Under the pieces are notes generated by a model. The model made no database searches. It saw nothing but the letters and a program-made list of their open reading frames with translations, and was not told where the DNA came from. 32,000 bases of DNA from positions 90,001 through 122,000 of the forward strand of contig NC_004460.2 of the NCBI RefSeq assembly GCF_000039765.1, in the 5' to 3' direction. Position 1 is the stretch's first letter. Every line of letters begins with the position of its first letter. The DNA is from Vibrio vulnificus CMCP6. GTDB lineage: Bacteria; Pseudomonadota; Gammaproteobacteria; Enterobacterales; Vibrionaceae. A program made the translations under genes and the position numbers. Below are positions 8,220 through 15,845 of this stretch, piece after piece.

Positions 8220-9360
8220 TTGGCTAATTAAAGTCGTAATATTTAGTTTAATGGTTGGATGTTCATCCATAAGTTCAGAGCTTCAAACTAAAGAACGTTT
8301 GTTATTGAGTTCGGGTGAAAACCAGCAGTTGGTCGAATTCTACAAGGGTAATTTGGCGGAAGTACCAAGTTATAAGGTGAAATTGGTTAACCTCTATTTG
8401 GAGATGGGGGATATCAAGTCAGCCGAACTTTATACCAATACTTATACGGCCAAAGATTTGGATGAGCCAGATTATATCTACAGTTTGGCGAACTTAAACT
8501 ATAAGAAAAAACGCTACGATTCAGCACTGCAAGAGAGCGAGAAATTCCTCGATGAAGGTGGAGATGAGGCAGCCTATCATCTGCTAGTTGGTAAGATTTA
8601 CGCGCAACGTAAAGAGTATGAAACGGCTATTCAGCATTTCGAAGAAAGTCGTAAAAGTGGCGCTTCGGATAGAGAGGCGGGCAACAATATCGCTGTGGTC
8701 TACCTTTTGCAAAATCGTTATGTCGAAGCGACGGAAATTCTTTATGACCTTTATGTCGCTATGCCAAGTGATGCCAAAGTTCGGTCGAATCTCATCATCT
8801 CATCCGTGCAGTCCAACCGCCCTGATATTGCTCTGGAAGTGTTAAAACATGAAAAGGGCGAAGAAGAGGCGAGAAAACAGTTGGCGGCATTAATGAAAAC
8901 TGTCAACAAAGGAAAGAACAAAGGGAAGAAAGCCGTGCAGCCACAAGTCGCTCAAATAAACAAAGATACGACCCGAGCTACTGTTGTACAGACTGCTCAA
9001 GTGACACCAAAAGCGCAAGAAGAAATAAAAAAAGTGGAGCAGGCCAAGCCAGTTAATAACGTAGTGACTGCTAATAACGTAGTGCCTGTAAGTAAGCTCG
9101 ATGTGAATAACCTCAAGCCTAAAGCGCCATCACTGTATCGTATTCAAGTGCTGGCTTCTTACAAAGCCGTACCGAACGATTATCTCAATTTCCTAAAAGC
9201 CAACTACGGAACCGTCTACTCGTATACGCATGGTTTATGGAAGCGCTACTGCATTGGTGAATTTACTGACATAGAGGAAGCGAAAGCGTTTCTCAATAGC
9301 TTAAACATCAAAGGTGCCTTTGTTGTGGATTACACCAAGAAGAGGTATGTCGAGCTATGA
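8212..9360 (+). CDS. tadD: TadD-like TPR lipoprotein with C-terminal SPOR-like domain
   Basis: Lipobox LMVGC|S and TPR-like repeats at roughly residues 40-210. A K/Q/V-rich linker follows, then residues 306-382 (nt 9127-9357), YRIQVLASY...GLWKRYCIGEFTDIEEAKAFLNSLNIKGAFVV, fit the SPOR pattern. Confidence 0.7.
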   Translation: MANWLIKVVIFSLMVGCSSISSELQTKERLLLSSGENQQLVEFYKGNLAEVPSYKVKLVNLYLEMGDIKSAELYTNTYTAKDLDEPDYIYSLANLNYKKKRYDSALQESEKFLDEGGDEAAYHLLVGKIYAQRKEYETAIQHFEESRKSGASDREAGNNIAVVYLLQNRYVEATEILYDLYVAMPSDAKVRSNLIISSVQSNRPDIALEVLKHEKGEEEARKQLAALMKTVNKGKNKGKKAVQPQVAQINKDTTRATVVQTAQVTPKAQEEIKKVEQAKPVNNVVTANNVVPVSKLDVNNLKPKAPSLYRIQVLASYKAVPNDYLNFLKANYGTVYSYTHGLWKRYCIGEFTDIEEAKAFLNSLNIKGAFVVDYTKKRYVEL

Positions 9361-9884
9361 AAAAAAGGCAGAAGGGTGCCTTAACCGTTGAGGTTGCACT
9401 TGGTTTACCTGTTTTACTCATCATGATCTTTAGTTGGATTGAGCTCTGTATGCTGAGTTATTCAATTAGTGTTTCCGACCATGCTTTGACACTGTCGGTC
9501 ATCAAGACCAAAAAAGCGGGGACATCCAACGCCACGACCCCACAGGAGTATCAAAAACTGTTGGAAAAAACCATTAATGAAAATGCTGGTGTGGCGTGGA
9601 AATATTTGGCTAAAGAAGAAAGCGTCAATATTACGGTCGATTATTTCAAAAACTATCAGGACTTTGTAACTTGCAACGTCGGTTATGACGATATTGAAAC
9701 TTGTCCTGAGCGAAAAGACAAACCAAAGGATATGGCGATAGCGATGTATCGTATGCAGTACACCTATAACACGATTTTGGATGGTGTGTTACCAGATTTT
9801 CAAGTGAAGCGTGAGCTTATGGCTATTCAAGAATATGAGCGTTGCGCATTTAAAATTGGTGGAGGGTCGGGCTGTGAAAGCTAA
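9357..9884 (+). CDS. tadE: TadE-like minor pseudopilin
   Basis: N-terminus MKKRQKG/ALTVEVALGLPVLLIMIF has a prepilin-like G/XXXXE site plus a hydrophobic helix. ATGA overlap with tadD. Confidence 0.7.
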   Translation: MKKRQKGALTVEVALGLPVLLIMIFSWIELCMLSYSISVSDHALTLSVIKTKKAGTSNATTPQEYQKLLEKTINENAGVAWKYLAKEESVNITVDYFKNYQDFVTCNVGYDDIETCPERKDKPKDMAIAMYRMQYTYNTILDGVLPDFQVKRELMAIQEYERCAFKIGGGSGCES

Positions 9885-10455
9885 GCAACAAGGTGCTTTT
9901 ATGGTGGAGCTGGCATTGGTATTAATGTTTTTCTCAGGTTTATTTGTTGTGATGACCAACTATGTTGTTGCCATCAATACCAAAGGACAACTCGATCGCT
10001 CCGTTTATTCACTCACAACGATCATGGCGGAAAGAAAGCAATTTTTTGATGGTGAGCTAGATATCTGTGGTAGAGCCGATCCTTACTGCTCTGAAACAAA
10101 GAGAGCCGTAAACTATCTATCCAAAGCCTCCTTAAAGCGCATGATGCCGGGCTTTGATGAGTCTAAGTTTGGTGTATTTGTCGAACAGCTTGCGGTAGAG
10201 GGCGATAAGCCAAGCAACTTTCGAAAACGCTATAAAAAATTTAGTAGTGGCGCGACCGACGGTTGTAATTTGCCAAATCTAGACAATCTCACTAAAGAAG
10301 AGGCACTAGAGCTGTTGCCAATTACTTCTCGTAACCGTCGCTTGCCGATGTATCAAATCACGCTTTGTTACGAAACTCCGTTCAATATCTTTGGTTTGGC
10401 AGAGGGCAATGTCATTAAAGCGGTATCCTCGTCATTTTCGTTTGCGAGGGTCTAG
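9874..10455 (+). CDS. tadF: TadF-like minor pseudopilin
   Basis: GTG 9874 lies 7 nt after GGAGGG and gives MKAKQQG/AFMVELALVLMFF. The track start at 9811 would bury this site inside tadE. Confidence 0.55.
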   Translation: MKAKQQGAFMVELALVLMFFSGLFVVMTNYVVAINTKGQLDRSVYSLTTIMAERKQFFDGELDICGRADPYCSETKRAVNYLSKASLKRMMPGFDESKFGVFVEQLAVEGDKPSNFRKRYKKFSSGATDGCNLPNLDNLTKEEALELLPITSRNRRLPMYQITLCYETPFNIFGLAEGNVIKAVSSSFSFARV

Positions 10456-10456
10456 T

Positions 10457-11737
10457 ATGTCCATCAAAAAGCAACAAGGGGTCGCGGGCATTATTTTTAT
10501 GGGCATGTTGCCAATTCTTGTGATCATCATGGTGTTCTCTATGCAAATGACTCAAAGGCATATGGCGCACGCCAAAATTACAGAAGCGGCGGAAGTGGCG
10601 AGCTTGGCTTTAATTGCGAGCCCCAAAGAGGGTGATGAGAAGAACCAAGAATACGCACAAAAGATTGTTGATCACTATATTCCAGACAACAAAGGCGAAG
10701 TCGTGGCTCGAGTGTTTCATCGACGCTGCGAGTACAAAGACGGCTGCGTGCAGCGCAGCGGTGAGCTTGCACCTTTTACCGATTTTGTTGTTTCTGCTAA
10801 AACCAAGCACGACTCCTGGATTTCTTACAATGACGGCGAGATGGGATTAACCAAAGACTTTGAAGTTATGGGGACATCTACGTCTAGAAAATTTCTCCCA
10901 CAACCCCTAGATATTTACTTCATTATCGATATGAGTGGCTCGATGGTGAATCCTTGGGGAGGAAGTGGCAAGACGAAATATGATGTAGTTGCAGACACGA
11001 TCAACCGAATCGTGGACGACCTGCGGGAGTTTAAAACAGATAGGAAAAGTCGAGTGGCGGTGATTGGGTTTCACCATACTGCAGTTAAGCAGGTTGGCCG
11101 ACAGCGTACGGCGTTTGACTATTCCTCATATAGGACACCATCAGCCACGGTGAATAACATGTTTACTGCACCGAAAATCCACTCGCGGAACGATTCCAGC
11201 AATATTAAAACATTCGAGGATATCCCTTTAACTGAAGACTATGACGCATTTCTAACTAAGTTTAACAGTTCAAATTATTATGCTTCCCGATACGGCCTAA
11301 CTGAATCTTGGCAAGGCATTATTGGTGCAGCCCAAATGGCTGAGCAAGCCACGGACTTAAATCCGGAGCAAGTATTTATTTTGCTTTCTGATGGTAGAGA
11401 TGGTGATTTTGTTCGCTACTACTTGGAAGGTAGGCAGTGGCGTGAAGTTCGATACAATAAATATCTAAACCGACTTGTAAAGGCAGGTTTGTGCGAAAAG
11501 TTAAAAACGAGAATTTCACAAAAAAGAAACGTTTTCCAAAGTGAAAACCCTAGTGACAAAGCGTCAAAGACCAAGGTGACGATGGGGGTTATTGGGGTTA
11601 ACTACGTCGTAGACAAAAGCGATGGGATTGGCGACTGCTTTGGTCACGACAATATCTATCATGCCAAAGAAGGCAATGACGTATACAAATATATTTTGAA
11701 TCTCATTAATGAAGAGACAGGTAGACTTAAGGATTAA
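10457..11737 (+). CDS. tadG: TadG-like protein with von Willebrand factor A domain
   Basis: ATG 10457 is 1 nt after the tadF stop. N-terminus MSIKKQQGVAGIIFMGMLPILVIIMVF (TadG N-domain type). MIDAS motif DIYFIIDMSGSM. Confidence 0.7.
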   Translation: MSIKKQQGVAGIIFMGMLPILVIIMVFSMQMTQRHMAHAKITEAAEVASLALIASPKEGDEKNQEYAQKIVDHYIPDNKGEVVARVFHRRCEYKDGCVQRSGELAPFTDFVVSAKTKHDSWISYNDGEMGLTKDFEVMGTSTSRKFLPQPLDIYFIIDMSGSMVNPWGGSGKTKYDVVADTINRIVDDLREFKTDRKSRVAVIGFHHTAVKQVGRQRTAFDYSSYRTPSATVNNMFTAPKIHSRNDSSNIKTFEDIPLTEDYDAFLTKFNSSNYYASRYGLTESWQGIIGAAQMAEQATDLNPEQVFILLSDGRDGDFVRYYLEGRQWREVRYNKYLNRLVKAGLCEKLKTRISQKRNVFQSENPSDKASKTKVTMGVIGVNYVVDKSDGIGDCFGHDNIYHAKEGNDVYKYILNLINEETGRLKD

Positions 11738-11738
11738 A

Positions 11739-12305
11739 ATGAAAAAAACACTGCCTTTACTGTTACTGGTGCTGCTTTCCAATTATGCCCAGGCCAATTG
11801 TGTCAATACATCAGAAGAACAGATCATAACCAAAACATTGCTCTCAACGCATTACAAAACCACACAAAGCGAAGGCTCGATTGTGGTTGATGAAGGACAG
11901 ACGGAAGCCCGTGTCTTGAATCGTGATGTGCAGAAAGTAAAAGCACAAAACAGCAGTGAACATTGCTTCTTCGATGAGAAAAAAATGTCACTGGTGCTGA
12001 ATTACCAGCACAACAAATTCGGTTTAACCGATATCCATCAAGATGCGATTCGTAGCTATATTGGTATTGTTGACCCAAATCGTAAAATTTCAGTGGAAGG
12101 GCATGCCGACAGCACAGGCTCAGATACTTACAATAAGCAGTTGTCTGCAAGACGTGCCAACACCGTAGCCCGTTTCCTCAAGAAAGATCTGGGTTTGGGC
12201 AATCGAATCGTAGAAAAGGCGTTTGGTGAAACCACTCCAATCTGTGCGGCGGAAGAAAACCAGCAGAATGGTTGCAACCGTCGAGTCGTTCTCACTTTGG
12301 AGTAG
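11739..12305 (+). CDS. OmpA-family peptidoglycan-binding protein, last gene of the tad operon
   Basis: Signal peptide MKKTLPLLLLVLLSNYAQA. OmpA C-like motif GHADSTGSDTYNKQLSARRANTVARFL...CNRRVVL. ATG is 1 nt after the tadG stop. Confidence 0.8.
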   Translation: MKKTLPLLLLVLLSNYAQANCVNTSEEQIITKTLLSTHYKTTQSEGSIVVDEGQTEARVLNRDVQKVKAQNSSEHCFFDEKKMSLVLNYQHNKFGLTDIHQDAIRSYIGIVDPNRKISVEGHADSTGSDTYNKQLSARRANTVARFLKKDLGLGNRIVEKAFGETTPICAAEENQQNGCNRRVVLTLE

Positions 12306-12308
12306 CCG

Positions 12309-12371
12309 ATGGGCTTTCTGGCGGTTATCTGCATTTTGATCATGATGTGCGGAGCTTTGAGCGGCATTTAG
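12309..12371 (+). CDS. possible 20-aa hydrophobic micro-ORF (MGFLAVICILIMMCGALSGI)
   Basis: GGAG at 12299-12302 lies 6 nt before ATG 12309. The ORF sits between the ompA-like stop and the operon terminator. Too short for any homology argument. Confidence 0.2.
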   Translation: MGFLAVICILIMMCGALSGI

Positions 12372-12395
12372 CCTTTTACCGCTTAAAGTGATTAA

Positions 12396-12435
12396 AAATC
12401 CCCTTATTTTAATCCGATAAGGGGATTTCTTTTTG
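12396..12435 (+). terminator. intrinsic terminator of the tad operon
   Basis: Perfect 11-bp stem aaatcccctta (12396-12406) pairs with taaggggattt (12418-12428), then ctttttgtt. Confidence 0.7.
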
Positions 12436-12543
12436 TTCGCCAAACGCCTTGATGCAAGGTTCATTGAGAGTGACTCATTGTTGCCTAATTGGTACGCCAA
12501 GTCGTTTGGCTATTGGTATCTTCGGGAAGGTTGTTATGCGAGT

Positions 12544-12924
12544 TTATTGCTGACAGAACAAGCCTAGCTTAGCCGTTTGGGTAATTTGATATTCGCCTTT
12601 CAGGTTGCGATACACGATGGTGTTCCAAGAGCTTCCATTTTCTAACTGAAATTCAATAGCATAATTAACACCACTAACCACTTGGGTATGAGCTGACAGC
12701 ACTTCTTTCAAAGGGGAGTTAGTGTTCATTTGCTCAAGCACCATGTCGAGTGCTTGCATCACTTGGTGATCGATTTCAGCGTTATGCCAGCCTCCGGGCA
12801 TACTTTCTGTAGAGCTGCAGATCGCGGTATGACGTTCGTTCAACGTATTGTTTTCTTGAGGTTCTTGCTGACATCCTGCCAGTAAAAATAGCGTTGCCGC
12901 TGCAACTGCTAGTTTTGCTTTCAT
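12544..12924 (-). CDS. cystatin-like lipoprotein (putative protease inhibitor fold)
   Basis: Lipobox LLAGC|Q. N-terminal GG, central QVVSG (cystatin QxVxG loop) and a later SSW hairpin position, with spacing similar to family-2 cystatins. Confidence 0.5.
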   Translation of the reverse strand: MKAKLAVAAATLFLLAGCQQEPQENNTLNERHTAICSSTESMPGGWHNAEIDHQVMQALDMVLEQMNTNSPLKEVLSAHTQVVSGVNYAIEFQLENGSSWNTIVYRNLKGEYQITQTAKLGLFCQQ

Positions 12925-13088
12925 GGGGATACCTTGTAGTGAATTGAAAGAGAAGTATAGCCAAGTCTATCGACTGTCTATGTGCGGAGAGTGTCAGAAA
13001 AGTTTGAAATTTAAGAAAAATGGAGCAGCCTCTCTAATAAACATTGCTAGACTAACTAAGGTAGCGGCTCAATAGGTATGACTCAGCA

Positions 13089-14015
13089 ATGCTTAAAAGT
13101 TATGGCTTGTGGTTCATTATCATTCTTTGCACCCTTTTCTACTGGGGGGTAAAAGCGCAAACCCATTTATGGTGGGCCGAAAACATATCGGCTTATCCCG
13201 CACTGTTTATTTTGCCTCTTGCGGTTGTCGCATTCATCAGTTTGGGGTTACGTGCGTGGATACCAATGCTGGCATCCATTGGGCTCATCATTTATTTCAC
13301 GGCCATTGGTGTGCCGAAAGGGATGGTTTCGAAAGGGGAGTGCCGAAATAGCGTCCGTCTATTTCAGTACAATATGTTGTTCTCTAACCAACATGTCGAC
13401 CAATTGATCGACTACCTATCACGGGTGCAGCCTGATCTCGTTTTGCTACAAGAAGTCACAGCCCAACATTTAGAGCAGTTAAAAATGTTGGATGACGTAT
13501 ACCGCTATCGCTTCGGTGGCCAGCCGAAAGTGGGCCTACCGTCGCATCAGCTTATTTTTTCTCGCCAGCCTTTATATGGCATGGATGTTTTTTACATCGA
13601 AGGCTATCAAAATCTCACCCGAGGCATTTGGCAAGTGGATGAAGAACACCCTGTATTCTTGCTTACCGCCCACCCACCTTCACCTCGCAACAAAGAGATG
13701 TGGCTGAGACGTAACGCGCTTATTCAGGCGCTAGAATACCAAGCGACACAAAGCCCGACGAAAGATATTTTAATCATGGGCGACATGAATCTTTCTGCGA
13801 ACAGTGAGCGCTTTGACACGCTTTTTTCTGGAATGCAAACTGCCCCTATTGCAAGTTGGCCAAACTTACCGACATTGACACTGCCGTCATGGCTGCAAAT
13901 TTCCATCGATCACTTATGGCTCAACAGTGATTTTGCTATCTGCAAAAGGGAGTCTATCGATGAAGTGATTGGTTCAGATCATCGAGCCATCATGACTTAT
14001 CTAAACATTCAATGA
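13089..14015 (+). CDS. membrane-anchored endonuclease/exonuclease/phosphatase (EEP) family protein
   Basis: About 75 aa of N-terminal TM helices, then EEP motifs: FQYNML, DLVLLQEV, IMGDMNL, GSDHRAI. Confidence 0.8.
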   Translation: MLKSYGLWFIIILCTLFYWGVKAQTHLWWAENISAYPALFILPLAVVAFISLGLRAWIPMLASIGLIIYFTAIGVPKGMVSKGECRNSVRLFQYNMLFSNQHVDQLIDYLSRVQPDLVLLQEVTAQHLEQLKMLDDVYRYRFGGQPKVGLPSHQLIFSRQPLYGMDVFYIEGYQNLTRGIWQVDEEHPVFLLTAHPPSPRNKEMWLRRNALIQALEYQATQSPTKDILIMGDMNLSANSERFDTLFSGMQTAPIASWPNLPTLTLPSWLQISIDHLWLNSDFAICKRESIDEVIGSDHRAIMTYLNIQ

Positions 14016-14118
14016 GAGTGCAAAACGGAAGAATGTTGAAAAATCCCCCATACTGCGCGCGAACCGTACTGAGGCGATGGCAAACTAACCATTTGATTCA
14101 AAAAGTTTGTTTTTGTTA

Positions 14119-14146
14119 TTGACCCAAATAAAAAATCCGTTAAAGT
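14119..14146 (+). promoter_or_regulatory. candidate sigma70 promoter of the tRNA operon
   Basis: TTGACC (14119-14124), 16-nt spacer, TAAAGT (14141-14146). An A/T-rich upstream tract and a GC-rich discriminator (acgcctcg) are typical of stable-RNA promoters. Confidence 0.4.
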
Positions 14147-14207
14147 ACGCCTCGTTCTCACGGCGAAGGTCGTTAGAGCAGGTGGTGTTACCATCGCAGT
14201 ATGCGTT

Positions 14208-14294
14208 GCCCTGGTGGTGAAATTGGTAGACACAAGGGATTTAAAATCCCTCGACTTTCGAGTCGTGCCGGTTCAAGTCCGGCCCGGGGCACCA
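14208..14294 (+). tRNA. leuZ: tRNA-Leu (anticodon UAA)
   Basis: Acceptor gccctgg/ccggggc, anticodon arm aggga-ttTAAaa-tccct, long variable arm, T arm gccgg-ttcaagt-ccggc, encoded CCA. Closely resembles E. coli leuZ. Confidence 0.95.
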
Positions 14295-14326
14295 TCCTAA
14301 CTCAAACCAGCAATGGTTATCTAAAA

Positions 14327-14400
14327 GGCGCGTTGGCAGAGTGGCTATGCAGCGGATTGCAAATCCGTGGACCTCGGTTCGACTCCGGGACGCGCCTCCA
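14327..14400 (+). tRNA. cysT: tRNA-Cys (anticodon GCA)
   Basis: ggcgcgt...acgcgcc acceptor, anticodon loop ttGCAaa, T loop ggttcgactcc, encoded CCA. Near-identical architecture to E. coli cysT. Confidence 0.95.
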
Positions 14401-14619
14401 TTCTCTTCTCTTGTTTTCGTTCTATTTGCTCACGACCTTATTCAATAATTCCTTGTAATCATTGAGTTAATCTTTGTTTTTTCTTCTCCCTCTTTCATTT
14501 TGTTTCAGCGACAAACGCGATGTGATCTGCGACGCAATGATTGCGTTATTACTCTAGCTATTTTATAAACTACATGAATCGTTTTTGATTAATGGATAAC
14601 GTTAACTAGAGGTAGCAAC

Positions 14620-14874
14620 ATGGAACAGTTGGGCGACATTTTAATTGTTTTGATTATTTTCACCGCCATTTTTGGTAGTGGCATGCTAAAAATCGTTTTA
14701 AATCATCGTGAAAAGGTTAAGGCGTTAGAGTTGACGAAAACGGAAGGTGCGTCTGCTGATGTGCAAAGAGAGATGCAGCAACAGATCGATAAGCTGACCC
14801 AGCGTATTATTGTGTTAGAGAAAATCGTCACCGACCAAAAATATCAGTTAGAGAAAGAGATCGCTTCCCTGTAG
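14620..14874 (+). CDS. small single-TM coiled-coil protein, weakly PspB-like
   Basis: SD-like GAGG at 14609-14612. N-terminal TM ILIVLIIFTAIFGSGML, then a coiled coil with RIIVLEKIVTD (compare PspB RIxxLExILD). No pspA or pspC nearby. Confidence 0.5.
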   Translation: MEQLGDILIVLIIFTAIFGSGMLKIVLNHREKVKALELTKTEGASADVQREMQQQIDKLTQRIIVLEKIVTDQKYQLEKEIASL

Positions 14875-14901
14875 CGAATGTCGGCATGAAAAATTATCGA
14901 G

Positions 14902-14925
14902 AAGAGACCATGGGTCTCTTTTTGC
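14902..14925 (+). terminator. intrinsic terminator between convergent genes
   Basis: Stem aagagacc (14902-14909) pairs with ggtctctt (14913-14920), then tttgctttt. Confidence 0.5.
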
Positions 14926-14939
14926 TTTTGAGCGTCTGT

Positions 14940-15767
14940 TTATCGTTCGTCAAAAAAATCTTTATTTCGGATATATTTGCTCATTAGGTGGTAAGTGAAT
15001 GGTCGGATAAGCCAACTGAGCACTGAGCGACCCAAGCGCTCATAAGTAGGGGTATTTTCATAGATTCTACCGTTATAGAGCCAGAGCAATTTTCCACTGT
15101 GAGAATACAGTAAGGGCAGTGGTGGCATAAAGGTAACGATATCGAGGTCGCAGCAAATTCGATAGGTTTTATGTGCCAAAGAATAGTGTTTGGCAAAGCG
15201 CCAGTCGCCAATGGCAGGTTGGCCAAACGTGACCACACGTTTAATTGATTTTGGGTATTTTCGTTCAAAATAATCGGCAAAAACACAGCCAATAGCACCA
15301 CCAGATGAGTGACCGGTGATCGCGATACGCTTCCCCTCTTTGATGCGTTCAAGCAAAATTTGCTCAAGCTTTTCAAGCACCGTCATTCCGAGGTGATCTT
15401 GATTCCTCGATGGCTGGCTCTCTTGAGTTAACAGGTGATGGAACCCAGCATGAATACGATAGGGAAGACCAAGAGACTGGGTGCTTTTTGTCCATAATGC
15501 GAAGTTAAGCAGCCAGTCGCTAAGGCTGTGTGAGCCTTTAATGACGACCACCACTTCATCCGCATTTTTACTCCACAGCACACGAATCATGGTTTTGCCA
15601 AATTGGTTTTTGATGATGCGTTGTCCATTTGGATCGAAACCATAGCGTGTTTGCTTAAACACCCTTGGATAGGCGAGGTTGCACAGAACAGCGTAGCGTT
15701 CGTATTGATAACGTTTGAGTGGTTTCACGGTGAGCATGTGACTGAAGTTCTTGAAGCCATAGTGCAA
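14940..15767 (-). CDS. class 3 lipase family alpha/beta hydrolase
   Basis: Nucleophile elbow ITGHSSGGAIG (GxSxG) preceded by VVVVIKGSHSLSDWL, typical of Lipase_3. No signal peptide seen. Confidence 0.8.
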   Translation of the reverse strand: MHYGFKNFSHMLTVKPLKRYQYERYAVLCNLAYPRVFKQTRYGFDPNGQRIIKNQFGKTMIRVLWSKNADEVVVVIKGSHSLSDWLLNFALWTKSTQSLGLPYRIHAGFHHLLTQESQPSRNQDHLGMTVLEKLEQILLERIKEGKRIAITGHSSGGAIGCVFADYFERKYPKSIKRVVTFGQPAIGDWRFAKHYSLAHKTYRICCDLDIVTFMPPLPLLYSHSGKLLWLYNGRIYENTPTYERLGRSVLSWLIRPFTYHLMSKYIRNKDFFDER

Positions 15768-15790
15768 AGCGAAGATGAAATAAAAATGAC

Positions 15791-15821
15791 AAACGAAAAA
15801 ACAGGGCGTTTAAGCCCTGTT
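15791..15821 (-). terminator. intrinsic terminator after the DASS transporter gene
   Basis: 8-bp stem at 15800-15807/15814-15821 (aacagggc/gccctgtt). On the minus strand it is followed by ttttcgtttgtcattttt. Confidence 0.6.
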
Positions 15822-15845
15822 GTACATCGTTTTTTCGCGCACTTA

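Noticed and set aside
14153-14207. Degenerate third tRNA (for example tRNA-Gly, as in E. coli glyW-cysT-leuZ) in the leader before tRNA-Leu
   Set aside because: No cloverleaf, acceptor pairing or T-loop (GTTCRA) can be drawn. It is treated as a precursor leader.
14016-14619. tRNA-associated genomic island boundary (integrase, att direct repeats)
   Set aside because: No integrase or recombinase ORF is present, and I could not find a second copy of either tRNA 3' end anywhere in the window.
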